Origin: Pachysolen tannophilus NRRL Y-2460
Taxonomy: Eukaryota
Assembly (NCBI GenBank): GCA_001661245.1
Contig: KV454016.1
Location: 1 to 64,000, forward strand
Reading direction: 5' to 3'
Length of the DNA stretch: 64,000 bases
Below, piece by piece: positions 12,154 through 23,811 of the stretch (the stretch's first letter is position 1; the number at the start of each line of letters is the position of its first letter). The notes under the pieces were generated by a model. That model was not told the origin of the DNA. It made no database searches and saw only the letters and a program-made list of their open reading frames with translations. Both the position numbers and the translations under genes were made by a program.

Positions 12154-13985
12154 ATGACTACTTTAGATACTGATGTTTTAGTTGTTGGAGCTGGACCAGC
12201 TGGTTTGATGCTTGCGTATGTTACTTTAATCTTACAGGAATTTTTTCAATTAATTAATACTAATACCAGTGCAGATCTCTTCTTGCTCGTTTAGGAGTCA
12301 AAGTCATGATAGTTGATGATAGAGCAACAAAAACCTGTACAGGTAGAGCAGACGGTGTACAGCCGAAAACAATGGAAACATTTAAACAAATGGGTCTCCT
12401 GCATGAACTTAGTGGTAAAGGTGTTCGTGTATACGATATAACAATGTGGGAGTATTCAGATGAGAAAAAGGCATACAAGAGGGTGTCCTGTGAGCCTCAT
12501 TTCTCCGACGTTGTGGATTTAAGGGATCCTTATATTCTTCTTTTGCACCAAGGTATGATTGAAGATGCTTTCATCAGAGATATGTCTTCCAGAGGAGTAT
12601 CTGTTAAAAGAAACTCACTGTTCCAGAGTTACGAGATAAAAGGTGATTTTGTTCATTCTCGAATAAAACAAGGCGACACTGATATTGTTGTTAAATCAAA
12701 GTATGTAGTCGGCAGTGATGGTGCCCATTCTGCTGTACGTAAATGTATGCCAGAAGTCGAAATGGTAGGAGCTTCTACAGAGAGCGTGTGGGGTGTTATC
12801 GACGGAGAATTGGAAACTACATACCCTGATTTTTGGAGTAAGACTGTGATTTCATCAAAATCAGAAGGGACAGTTTTAGGTATCCCAAGAGAGAGAAATA
12901 TGACAAGACTTTATATCGAATTAGAAAAAAAATTGGACAACACTTCAGAAAAAGAAGTTGAAGAATTTATTAAGGATAAAGCTAGAAAAATCATGAAACC
13001 TTTTACTATTGAGTGGAATACAGTGGAATGGGTAGGATTATACACAGTTGGCCAGCGTGTTGCAAGTAAATTTATTGACGGAAAGAGAGTTTTCATAACT
13101 GGTGATGCTTCTCATTCTCATTCCCCGAAAGCAGCTCAAGGTATGAATGTATCAATGCATGATTCTTGGAATCTTGGTTGGAAGTTAGCATATTATATTA
13201 AAGGCTATTCAACAGAAGAAGTTTTGTTATCCTATGAAGTCGAACGAAGAAAAATTGCTCAAGACTTGATCGATTTTGACAAGGAACATGCTAATGCATT
13301 CAAAAATGTTGATCCAGAAGTTTTAAAAGCCAATTTTGAACGGAACATTCGTTTTATTTGTGGAGTTGGTGCAGATTATAATCTTAATATATTAAATCAG
13401 AAGTCAAATGTACAATCTTCTTTGAAACCTGGCGAATTGCCAATACCAGCCAATGCCGTGAGATTTATTGATTCCAACCCGGTGGAATTGGAAAATGCAA
13501 TTCCTGCTTTGGGACAATTCAAGGTATTTATTTTTGCTGAAACTTTTGCTGCTTCTGAAGAGTTCTTGAAATCATTTAGTGATGAGGTTCAAGATAACTC
13601 TGTCTTGCAAAAATTTTTTGATGAGCATCCTTTAGATCTAAATTCTTTCAAATTAGAAGCAGATAAAATATCTCATAAAAGATATACTCCGGTTTCCGAA
13701 GTGTTAACTATGTCACTTGTTTTTGACACTAAGAGGTTTGAATTTGAGTTAGAGCAGCTCCCAGCATTGTTCCGTCCATATAAATGGTCGATATATTTGG
13801 AACCACCAATGGATGGACCTTTCAAAAAGTGGCTCCCAAAGACATTGCTGAAGAAAATTTCAATAGTCGTAGTAAGACCAGACGGTTATGTTGGAGCTCT
13901 TGAATCATTTGATATCAAAAAATCGCAGGCCAAAAAAGCTAGCGTATGGTTGAACAATTATTTTGAAAAAATTTTGGTCATCTAA
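12154..13985 (+). CDS. Phenol 2-monooxygenase-family flavoprotein; intron 12216-12274
   Basis: Exon 1 MTTLDTDVLVVGAGPAGLMLA joined via GTATGT..TACTAAT..CAG; GRADG, GDASHSHSPKAAQGMN, C-terminal VVRPDGYVG. Confidence 0.93.
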
Positions 13986-14275
13986 GTTAATAGCTACGCT
14001 AACTTAGCTTTTGAAAAATCATAATAGACACATAAAATAATAGAAATGTTATACAGACAAAAAAATAATAATATTTATAATATTTAGTATAGTTTTTTGT
14101 GGAAATGGTAACTTCAATAATGCTACTATTGGTTCTAATATAAAAAATTTACTCTTTTTCCTGAATGCAAGGTTACTTTAAAGTTTTGTATTTATACTCT
14201 CCTATAAATTTAAGATATATATATATATATATATTGTACCACGTATATGAGAACCAATTTCTGAAATAAGTTGAC

Positions 14276-15004
14276 TCAATACGATGTGTGGGCACTTTCT
14301 GGGATGTTTAAGAGTTTACTAACGGGATTACCTTCCAACCAAGCCGGGATAGCCTTATACATATTGTAGAATCCTTCATTATTCATAGTTGGTAAGTCTC
14401 TTAAAACTTTATGACCAAGGGTTGACTGAGCAGCACCAAGATAACGATAACCTTCTGGGAAAAGTTCCAAAACTCTAGGATCAAAAATAGGAACCGTATG
14501 ACCATCTACTGGAACAACCTTATCCTTTTCATAAAAGACTTTGTAATACTGAACCTTCCAAACAGGGCCATTAGGACCTTCGGAAACCTTGCGAACAAAG
14601 AAAATAAAACGGGTGTCACATTCGATATCAACAGGAATGCCATCAATGTTGAATCTTTGAGTAATAGTTGCCTTCATCTTACCAACAGCACGGCCATTTT
14701 TTGGATTCAAGTCAACCAAAGTACCAATCTCACGATGCATAATAAAATCACCTCTTGCACGTCCCTTCTTAGATACCTCTATGAATTCATCTACAGTTAC
14801 ACCTCCACTCCAAGTGGTGAAAATATAGCCACCTTCATCCACAAATAAATCACGGAAGTTATTCCATTCTGAAGCATCACGGTAAACAGGCCAGCCTTTA
14901 CAAAGTTCTGAAACACGAATTCTATCTAGAACTTCGCTTTCTGGACCATTGATGTGGGACCAAACACTAGGTTGAGTTTCCTTTTCTGTGATATTGTAAA
15001 CCAT
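14276..15004 (-). CDS. PEP2 (pea pathogenicity protein 2)-like SnoaL/NTF2-fold protein
   Basis: VSELCKGWPVYRDASEW, TTWSG, FIMHRE, GKMKATITQRF, FYEKDK motifs recalled from fungal PEP2-like proteins. Confidence 0.75.
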   Translation of the reverse strand: MVYNITEKETQPSVWSHINGPESEVLDRIRVSELCKGWPVYRDASEWNNFRDLFVDEGGYIFTTWSGGVTVDEFIEVSKKGRARGDFIMHREIGTLVDLNPKNGRAVGKMKATITQRFNIDGIPVDIECDTRFIFFVRKVSEGPNGPVWKVQYYKVFYEKDKVVPVDGHTVPIFDPRVLELFPEGYRYLGAAQSTLGHKVLRDLPTMNNEGFYNMYKAIPAWLEGNPVSKLLNIPESAHTSY

Positions 15005-15937
15005 TGTAATCTCTTAATAATAGTAGCAATAATATTAATGAGATCTATTCTCATTGAGCTTTTAAATATCTTTCGGATAAATATCGATCGTTAACCATAG
15101 AATTTATTGCTCCATATCGGGGCCAGTAAACCATTTAGCTCTAATTGTTAATCTTGCATTGCAGTAAGCGAGCAACGCTTATTTCCGAATACTGTTGAAA
15201 CCGACTACAAAGAAATCATTGTGGGGATCAGGCATCCGGAAATTCCTCTTTGCTTCCTTTCGGTTTGAATCACAAATTGCTCAGTATTCTTCATTAAAAG
15301 ATATGCTTAGAGGAACATAAATAGTTTAATTCGAAAGAAAGATTTTTTTTGCATTTTTGTCAGAGTTAAAGCATAACTATGGCCCAGAGATGTCATGAAT
15401 TTTTCATTTTCTCTTTGAGTTCCTACTGGAAAGAAGATCTTGGAGGAAACATCGGTTCTGTGCCTTAGTTTCAATTTTCCTACTGGATGGATAGTCATAT
15501 TGATTTTAATTGTAAAATTACATAGTTTTCGTATAAATAAATGCAAAGCCTTGAACAAAACAGTATTACATGTTTTGTACGTGATGTATCACGATGCTAT
15601 TAAATTGATAATATCACAAATTTCATGTGTAAACTTAATTGAGCTTTTATCAATACAGATGTAAACGGTCTTCTGTGATGGGTCACTTAAGACAACCGTT
15701 GCATCAGTCATGATGGAAACTGAAATCAAATTAACAGATGGAGTTGTGGTCTCTTACGTAATAAAAAAGAAATGGCTACTAATCTTTTACTTAAATACTG
15801 AAAAGACTCATGTTCTAGATAAAAAAATGGTGGAAATTTATTTTATTGAACCAAAAAAAAAAATGAAAAATGAAAAAGAATAAGAAAAAAGAAAAAGAAA
15901 TCATCAAAAATATCTTATGTTATTTTTAACAGAACCA

Positions 15938-17515
15938 TCAATCAGTAAAGCCGTATTTCTTCCAGTTACTGAGAACCTTTTCCTGAACTTCTTTCGGATA
16001 GGCACCATGGAAGTTAGAAACAGCCCAATTTTGAGGCTTCTCGAACTCGAATGGGAATAGAGCGTTATAAACAGCTTTATGACCCCAGTTAGGTTTCTCG
16101 ACAGCACCATGGGACATAAACGGATTCAAAGGGAAATTTGGAATATCATTAAAAACAAACTCCGATATACCAGGGGTACGTCTTGTAGAAAGTGCCCAGA
16201 CTACCTCCTCTATATTGGTAATGTCTATATCTTCACCGACAATAATTACCTTTGGTGCCACAATACCTGCTTGTGAGGCAAAAATGATTCTACCTACGGT
16301 GGTGCAAAACTCTTCTGGGGTTGTATGCAAGTTCCGCAAACCTTCGTTATCGACTTGAACAACCATCCAACAAGTATGAGCCTCCCATGGAGACCATACC
16401 ATTTTGATAGGAAGCTTATGTTCATCCCTCAATACTCGAAGTAATTCTGCAGAAGCTAAGATACCCCAGGAGTGATTGCTTTCATCAGGTGCTTTTCCAG
16501 CAACTGAGAATGGCATAATTGGATCATCTCTATAGGTAATAGCATTAACTGTCATTAATGGGAATTTATGACTTTCTGAAGGAAACATGTAGCCATGATA
16601 TTCACCCATAGGACCTTCATCGGCCTTTTCTGTTGCCGAAATTGTTCCTTCAAATACAATTTCAGAATCAGCAGGAACGTATTGGTCATTGGTTTCACAT
16701 TTTACAACCTTGACAGATTCACCAGATAACGCACCAACATAATCACCTTCTGAAACAAATGCAGGAAGTGGCATTCCAGCAACGGTATTTGCCGCAGGTG
16801 GACCCCCAAAAAATACTGCCCAAGGCATATCCTTACCAATATCCAGCCACATCTTGTGTATTTGAGCAATATGTTGCGGTAATACAACAACACCAACCAT
16901 TTTGTTCTTACCACAAACCATTGCTCTTGCTATAGACCAGTTAGTCCATTTTCCATCGGGAGTCGTAGCAACATGTATACCGTAAGTCATAATATATTTA
17001 CCCCCATCAAAGTCATGAAGCTTTGGTACAGGCATCTTACTAAAATCTATATCATCTCCAAACAATTTATTTTGTTTAACAGGAGAATCAGTTTCATCAA
17101 CTTTCTCTGGAGGGTTAGGGGATAAATCTGGTACTTTAGCTAAAAAATTAGCAATTTCCTGAGGAGTAGCATTTGCCTCGAGACCAAGAGTAGTAGCCAT
17201 TCTCCCATATCGTTCTTCACGATTCTTCCTCAATCCATTAGGGCAACCAAAAAGACGAAATAAACCATTGCCATCCTTACCTTTTGGGTTATTCATCAAT
17301 GGAGCCTTGGATGGAAGCTCATAGCACCGCCTAGCAATTGCTGCTACTTCCAAATAAGGATCAACTTCTGTATCAATTACCGTTAAATCATTTTGCTTCT
17401 CAAGAGCTTTCAAGAATGCTCGAAAACTCAATACTGGTGTGCTTCTCTTCTCAGCACTACTGTAACTTCTTATACAAGCTTTTAAACAGCTTTTGGTCTT
17501 CACTCTCAAACTCAT
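15938..17515 (-). CDS. FDC1: prFMN-dependent ferulic/cinnamic acid decarboxylase (UbiD family)
   Basis: DGGKYIMTYG, WTNWSIARAM (catalytic Arg), EGPMGEYHGY (catalytic Glu); divergent from PAD1. Confidence 0.95.
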   Translation of the reverse strand: MSLRVKTKSCLKACIRSYSSAEKRSTPVLSFRAFLKALEKQNDLTVIDTEVDPYLEVAAIARRCYELPSKAPLMNNPKGKDGNGLFRLFGCPNGLRKNREERYGRMATTLGLEANATPQEIANFLAKVPDLSPNPPEKVDETDSPVKQNKLFGDDIDFSKMPVPKLHDFDGGKYIMTYGIHVATTPDGKWTNWSIARAMVCGKNKMVGVVVLPQHIAQIHKMWLDIGKDMPWAVFFGGPPAANTVAGMPLPAFVSEGDYVGALSGESVKVVKCETNDQYVPADSEIVFEGTISATEKADEGPMGEYHGYMFPSESHKFPLMTVNAITYRDDPIMPFSVAGKAPDESNHSWGILASAELLRVLRDEHKLPIKMVWSPWEAHTCWMVVQVDNEGLRNLHTTPEEFCTTVGRIIFASQAGIVAPKVIIVGEDIDITNIEEVVWALSTRRTPGISEFVFNDIPNFPLNPFMSHGAVEKPNWGHKAVYNALFPFEFEKPQNWAVSNFHGAYPKEVQEKVLSNWKKYGFTD

Positions 17516-17730
17516 CTCAATTATTCAATTGATATTAATATAACAACCCAATTTCACAAGTAAAATTATTTTTAATATATTTTATTTCTTCGAGCGGAAC
17601 TTTAGGGTAATAATTATATGCAACCTGTATGTAATACTTGCTCATTTCAAAGTCCACGAAAATTCATATCTTTAATACTTAAAAGAGTGGACTAAAAGTA
17701 CTTTTGGACATAAATAATAATTATCGAGAA

Positions 17731-18402
17731 ATGTTGTTGTATCTGAAGAACTGCAATGGTTTATTTGCTAAGGGTATGCCATTTTTTTTGTTGCAAAAGC
17801 GTATGTTGAGTAGCTTACAAGAGTCTACAAGAAGAAAAAGAATCATTGTAGCAATGACAGGTGCATCAGGATCTATATATGGAATTAGAATTTTAGAGAC
17901 ATTGAAGAAAATGGGGATTGAAAGTCATCTTATTATGAGCAAATGGGCAGTGGCAACAATCAAATATGAGACTGATTATAGGATTGAAGACATTGTTGCA
18001 ATGGCAGATTATTTTCATGGGAACCAAGAAATGTCAGCAACTATATCAAGTGGTTCTTTTGTAACGGATGGGATGATAATAGCACCTTGTAGTCTGAAAT
18101 CACTAGCAGCTATTAGAACTGGACTTTGCTCAGATTTGATTAGTAGAGCTGCCGATGTTATAATTAAGGAAAATAGGAAGTTGGTTTTAATGGTTAGAGA
18201 GACTCCGTTAAGCCCTATACACTTGGATAATATGACCTATTTGTCACGGATTGGAGTGACCGTTTTCCCTCCTGTACCCGCCTTTTATGTTCGTCCTAAT
18301 TCTATAGATGATCTTGTCGAGCATACTGTTGGAAGGGTTTTAGACCAATTCAATCTTGATACTCTGAAGTTTGAACGTTGGAAAGGCTCTTTAAAAAAAT
18401 AG
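17731..18402 (+). CDS. PAD1: Flavin prenyltransferase (UbiX family)
   Basis: RIIVAMTGASG, SSGS, RAADV, RETPL, FPPVPAFY; first ATG 17731. Confidence 0.95.
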   Translation: MLLYLKNCNGLFAKGMPFFLLQKRMLSSLQESTRRKRIIVAMTGASGSIYGIRILETLKKMGIESHLIMSKWAVATIKYETDYRIEDIVAMADYFHGNQEMSATISSGSFVTDGMIIAPCSLKSLAAIRTGLCSDLISRAADVIIKENRKLVLMVRETPLSPIHLDNMTYLSRIGVTVFPPVPAFYVRPNSIDDLVEHTVGRVLDQFNLDTLKFERWKGSLKK

Positions 18403-18994
18403 TTGAGAATAAAATAAAGCATCAATTTAAAAGTTCTTTTTCTTTTTTTTTTTTTTTTTTTTCTTCTTCCATGGCTATTGATACTCAATTGATTGTTTGA
18501 AGGAATGTTTATAGACTGCTGATATTACTTTTTATGCTGGTTCATATCCACTAGATATTTTTTTTTCTAACTGAAAAAAATCAAAATCAATTACGTTGCG
18601 TTTACACTTTCTAAATATTAATCATTTAAGAGGCCAAAAGATAATGAATGAGATACAAAGTTTTTCGTGTTATCGATTAAAGAATTACTCGATAAGCGTC
18701 GATAATTCTCATCATAGATCATATTTTTTTTTTTTTTATTTTATATATATAAGTCAACAACTTGCTTGTTGTATTTCATAAGTATTTAGCTTATACGTTA
18801 CGTGAATTATTTTCTTGAATTCTCAAAATATAAGAGTTTTTCTAAAAATCCATATATATATTCTCATAATCCGTCCTTTGATACGGATAATTCTATCTGT
18901 AAATTGTGTACTCAAACATAAATAATCAGTTCAAATCTATAAAGATTGAAAATGTAAAGCTTTACTTGTCTAATCTTTTCAAACACAAAATCAG

Positions 18995-20593
18995 TCATAC
19001 AGTTTCTATGCGTTGTTCACGATACTTCTCATCAAGTTCAAGAGCTCTGTGACCACCCCGAGCCTTCCTTTCAGAAGCTAATGTCTGTGCAAATTTTGAC
19101 TTTTCACGAATTACTTCACCTTTCCAATAAAATACATATATTGGTGTAGTTACTGCAAAAGCCATACAGGCAAGAATTGTTGACGGATATTCCAATGTAT
19201 ATGTCTTGAAATATTCATAAAATGGAGTAGAATAGATAGATGCAAGTCCAGCCAAAAAATCTCTAGCAAGCGCATTTCCTCCTGTAGCGGAAGCGGAATA
19301 AGGACCATAACTAGCAATCATATAATCAATAGTGGCCATATATATTGAATAATTGGCCAGTCCAACTAAAGTCGAAAATATCATGGGAGCAATCCAATGA
19401 ACACGAGGTGGTCCTAAACTTGTCCAGGAAAATCCAAACAAGCCTATTGTTTCCAAAGGTGCCATGAACAATAGCCACCAAAGCCGTTCTTCTGGGACAA
19501 AAGCATCGGGGTCTCTATGAATTAGCTTCTGTTGCGAATATATAACAGGAATAAAACTGAGATAAGCAAGAAGATAGCCAATAATCAAAGGTATCAACGC
19601 AAGACTAGTGTCAATGACGGTAAAATTCCATTGGGCATAAACCAAAGTATATGAATCAAGAAATGTAAAAATAAGCGCATCACTAAAACCACTCAAGAGA
19701 GAGAGACAAAGAACAATTGGTTCCCGAGCAAACATTATAAAAGGACGAGTCCAGATTGCAAATATTTCTTTTGTGTTAAGAGATTTATTAGATAACTCTC
19801 CTGGACCATAAACATTTTCTTCTCCTGCTTTCCGCCTTCTCTTGGCTTCACGTTTAAGCATGATGGTTGATCGTGTTTCTGGAACAACAAAAAAATGTAT
19901 AGCTTGAACTGCTCCACCAAAGATGAGTTGAATCCAAAAATTCCAATGCCAAGACAAAAATGTCTCAATAAAACCACCAACTAACCCTCCAACAACTGAC
20001 CCACCAACAGATGAAAGAACAACATAAGCAGTCGCATATTGTTGATCATTTGGTTCCCACATATCAGCTACCATCCCCAAAGTTACAGAACCTCCTGCAG
20101 ATGAAAGTCCTCCTAATGCACGACATACAACAAGTGTTCCATAATTAGGAGCTAAAGCACAAGGAATTTGCCAGATATTAACTAGAAAAAGACTCATTTG
20201 TAAAATAATCCAACGTCCATACTCTTCACTCCAAGGTGCCCAAAGTTCACTACCAAATGCATATAACACAAGAAATGTTAATTCAGGAACACGCGCGGCT
20301 TGTTCAGAAACATTAAAATGTTCGCTTAACTGAGTAACTGCATTCGCATATACACTTGTGTTAAAATTCATAGATACCTGAACAATAAATATCACTGAAA
20401 GTATGGTCCATTTTTTTATTGTTGAAAAGCTATAACCAAGAGCTTCATAATTGTCGGTTTCTTGAATCTCATATTTTCCATCTTCGCGAGCTTGTTCAGG
20501 AATATTGGAATTATTCGAAGCAGAACTCTTCTCTCCATCATTATCTGAGGTAGAGTTTGGATTTACTCTATAAATAAGTCTACTTTGATCCAT
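18995..20593 (-). CDS. MFS drug:H+ antiporter (DHA1-like)
   Basis: 12-TM pattern; WAPWSEEYGR, PETR, PEERL, YSASATGGN motifs. Confidence 0.92.
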   Translation of the reverse strand: MDQSRLIYRVNPNSTSDNDGEKSSASNNSNIPEQAREDGKYEIQETDNYEALGYSFSTIKKWTILSVIFIVQVSMNFNTSVYANAVTQLSEHFNVSEQAARVPELTFLVLYAFGSELWAPWSEEYGRWIILQMSLFLVNIWQIPCALAPNYGTLVVCRALGGLSSAGGSVTLGMVADMWEPNDQQYATAYVVLSSVGGSVVGGLVGGFIETFLSWHWNFWIQLIFGGAVQAIHFFVVPETRSTIMLKREAKRRRKAGEENVYGPGELSNKSLNTKEIFAIWTRPFIMFAREPIVLCLSLLSGFSDALIFTFLDSYTLVYAQWNFTVIDTSLALIPLIIGYLLAYLSFIPVIYSQQKLIHRDPDAFVPEERLWWLLFMAPLETIGLFGFSWTSLGPPRVHWIAPMIFSTLVGLANYSIYMATIDYMIASYGPYSASATGGNALARDFLAGLASIYSTPFYEYFKTYTLEYPSTILACMAFAVTTPIYVFYWKGEVIREKSKFAQTLASERKARGGHRALELDEKYREQRIETV

Positions 20594-21703
20594 AATGTTG
20601 TATATCTATAAAGATTCTTTTAACTGAGCCCGTTAAATTTCGTATCTGGTATTACATTATTAGGAAAGTTTTCCATACTTATATTCTTATAAAGATATTT
20701 ACATAAAAAGAGATGAATAGATAGTAATAAGATAGCAATGATTAAATAAAGTGATTATATAATTTTACTCAATTGATCATAATTTTAAATAGAGATGGAA
20801 ACTATAATTTTTTGGTATTTCTGTATAGTTTCTTCATTGCTTGCTGTAGCTAGGCGTAGTTTAAGGTGCTTGCGGATGTAAACCTCAAATTTTGGTGCGC
20901 ATCTTACAATTTTTCCGAATGGAGAAAGTCTATTTTATTTGTAAATGTGAGATCATAGCACATATACATCATAGTTGATGCAATTTCTATGTAATCGAGA
21001 TGTTAATTAAAACGTATCAACTCCACAAGAAAACAAGGGAATCTACTTAATATGTATGGTTCTATTATGAATCCATGCACAAGGATGGTTTATAAAATTA
21101 AACTATATGAAAAAAATCACACTTATTTGCAAGTAACAGTCGTACTAGGATAAATGTTCCTACTGTAGATGGACCTCTTTACGTTGACGTTATTCAAAAC
21201 TGAAAACGTTCAAACAATCTTAAAACTATTTCTAACAGAAATTTGCAAATAAAAATCTTTCATTGCTAATTTACAGAAAAAAAAAAAAAAACATCATACT
21301 TTAAGTATTTTAAAGTGGAAAACATGACTAAGTCAAAACTGAGAATCAATATTCAACTTCAAGAATACACTTATTTGGAAGAAGAACAAATTGTAGATAC
21401 TTCACATAACATAACATCTTTCAAGATTTTTTGAAATTTGTATATATCCAAACCTATCTAACAATTGCTGGCTTTACGTTTGAAAAATAGGGGTATTATT
21501 GATTAATACCAGAAGGTAAACTACTGCAAGATTATGTATAATCTGCGGCTTTCTTTTAAGTGGGGAGGTGTCCACACTGATTGTCCACAGTAAAAATGGA
21601 ATGGCTTTTTCTGCGAGACCTATTTATATATATATATATATATATATACTGGAGTTTTTCTTAAAATTGTTTTCAAACCTCTGTTTTGCCGTATACTAAA
21701 CAA

Positions 21704-22903
21704 ATGGCCACTCATATGAATGATACATCAACTATGTTTGAATCTTTTAAACTTGGTTCTTCAACGCTTTCCCATAGGGTAGCTTTGGCACCCTGCACCA
21801 GAATGAGGGCTGAAAAAGCTGGTGATTTTTACGTTCCAGGTGATTTAATGGTTGAATACTATACTCAAAGGGCAACAGCTGGTGGGCTTTTAATTACCGA
21901 TGCTTGTCCAATTTCTGAAACAGCTTGCGGCTATTTGGGAGTTGCTGGAATTTTCAATTCAGAACAAGTTAGCGGGTGGAAAAGAGTCACTGATGCTGTT
22001 CACAGTAAAGGAGGTATTATTTATTGTCAATTGTGGCATGTGGGTAGAGCTACTGTTGCTCAACTTATAAAAGGAACTCAACCAATTTCTTCTGTGTCTA
22101 CTGCTTTGGAAGGTGATTCTTTATTTCCAGGAGTCTCATATAGAGATGCTCCACCAAGAGCTATGATTAAGGATGATTTCATTGAAGTGACAAATGATTT
22201 TGTAAAAGCTGCAAAAGTTGCTATTGAAAAGGCTGGTTTTGATGGTGTAGAGATTCATGGTGCAAATGGTTATCTTCTTGATCAATTTCTCCATGATAAT
22301 GTCAACACTAGAACTGACACGTATGGAGGTAAATCAATAAAAAACCGTGCAAGATTTCCTTTGGAAGTTCTTAAATCAGTTTGTACCGAAATTGGTGCCG
22401 AAAAGACAGCTATTCGCCTTTCACCTTTTAACTACTTTCAGGATACAAGAGACTCAGATCCAAATGCTACTTGGTCTTATGTTTGTCAAGAAATTGTTAA
22501 TTTAGATGAGCCAATTGCTTATGTTCATATGATTGAGCCTAGATTTGATGAAAAGCTAAATGCTGAAGATAAAATCAAATCTTTAGAAGAGCAGGTAGGT
22601 AAAGCCGAAGGTTTTTCATTGAATGGATTTAGGTCCATTTTAAAAAATAAAAATATTTCATTTATTGCAGCTGGTGGGTTTTCAAAAGAAACTGCTTTGA
22701 AAAAACTAGAAGCTGGTGATGCGGATGTAATTGCTTTTGGTAGACACTTTATTGCAAATCCAGATCTTGTCGAGAGATTTAAACTGGATCTCCCATTGAA
22801 CAAGTATGATAGACCAAGTTTTTATGGCTCAGATCCTCCTAAAAATGGTTATACTACTTATCCAACTTATGCAAATTCACAATTAAACGGTAAAGCTCAT
22901 TAA
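21704..22903 (+). CDS. Old yellow enzyme (NADH:flavin oxidoreductase/ene-reductase)
   Basis: APCTRMRA, YYTQRA, QLWHVGR, EIHGANGYLLDQF, FGRHFIANPDL. Confidence 0.93.
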   Translation: MATHMNDTSTMFESFKLGSSTLSHRVALAPCTRMRAEKAGDFYVPGDLMVEYYTQRATAGGLLITDACPISETACGYLGVAGIFNSEQVSGWKRVTDAVHSKGGIIYCQLWHVGRATVAQLIKGTQPISSVSTALEGDSLFPGVSYRDAPPRAMIKDDFIEVTNDFVKAAKVAIEKAGFDGVEIHGANGYLLDQFLHDNVNTRTDTYGGKSIKNRARFPLEVLKSVCTEIGAEKTAIRLSPFNYFQDTRDSDPNATWSYVCQEIVNLDEPIAYVHMIEPRFDEKLNAEDKIKSLEEQVGKAEGFSLNGFRSILKNKNISFIAAGGFSKETALKKLEAGDADVIAFGRHFIANPDLVERFKLDLPLNKYDRPSFYGSDPPKNGYTTYPTYANSQLNGKAH

Positions 22904-23811
22904 TTTACATGATAACGCGCAGTTCTAGAAAATATACAAAATATCTTAATAGAAATCAAAGAAAAATTATATATATGTATATATATATATAACCGATAAA
23001 TTTGAAACTTCAATTTAGAAATTACCCCTACTTTACCTTTTACTTGTAGTTTTATTATATAATTATATTAAATTTTGAACTAAAAAATTTAGATGTAAGA
23101 GTTCTTTGCTTAAAAGTGGATTGTAAGATGTTCTAATGGTTAAACATTTTTTTCTAACTCCTGTATTCTATAGTAATTATAATATATATTATTACCTCTG
23201 GAAATCAAAGTACAATGGATTTATGATCTCTTAATCTCATCAGTCTAGCGTGGACACATTTATGCAACTAACTAAAAAAGGAATATGAATTCTGAAATCA
23301 CTCTAGGGTCTTTAATCCCGAGATCTCTGAAAACGAAAATACTTTCATAACATCTATACAGTAATAACATAAGTTTGCCAAAATCGTAGCCGAGAATATT
23401 TAAAAAACTATATAGAATTATTTACAAATCTCTAATGATTTTTTGTAGAAGACCCTTTTTATATCATAATATAAATACAGTCCAGGTTTGTTTCTTACCT
23501 AACTTTCTTTCTGTTTCCATCGAAGTTAACACTTCACTGTAGGAAATTTCTCTAGTGGAATGCCTATTCTGAAATGCTAAGGTAAAAATAGCTGACATTC
23601 TGATCTTTTGAGAGGTGCCTTAGGTGTCTTACCCACCGTCCACCATCAATGAGTATGGACAAATGTTATCGGCCAAAGAAATATGTATGCACATATTACG
23701 TAATCCGAAAAATGTAAAGAAAGAATTCTTATAAATGATAAGAAACCAGCTACAGTTCTGTTTTCATTGTGATAAGAATAAATTCAATTATTGTAGTTTA
23801 TAGTTGTGGTT

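Noticed and set aside
15307..15760. Short ORFs and an 11-bp direct repeat (TTCCTACTGGA) between the PEP2-like gene and FDC1; possible gene relic
   Set aside because: No recognisable protein similarity in the frames I translated
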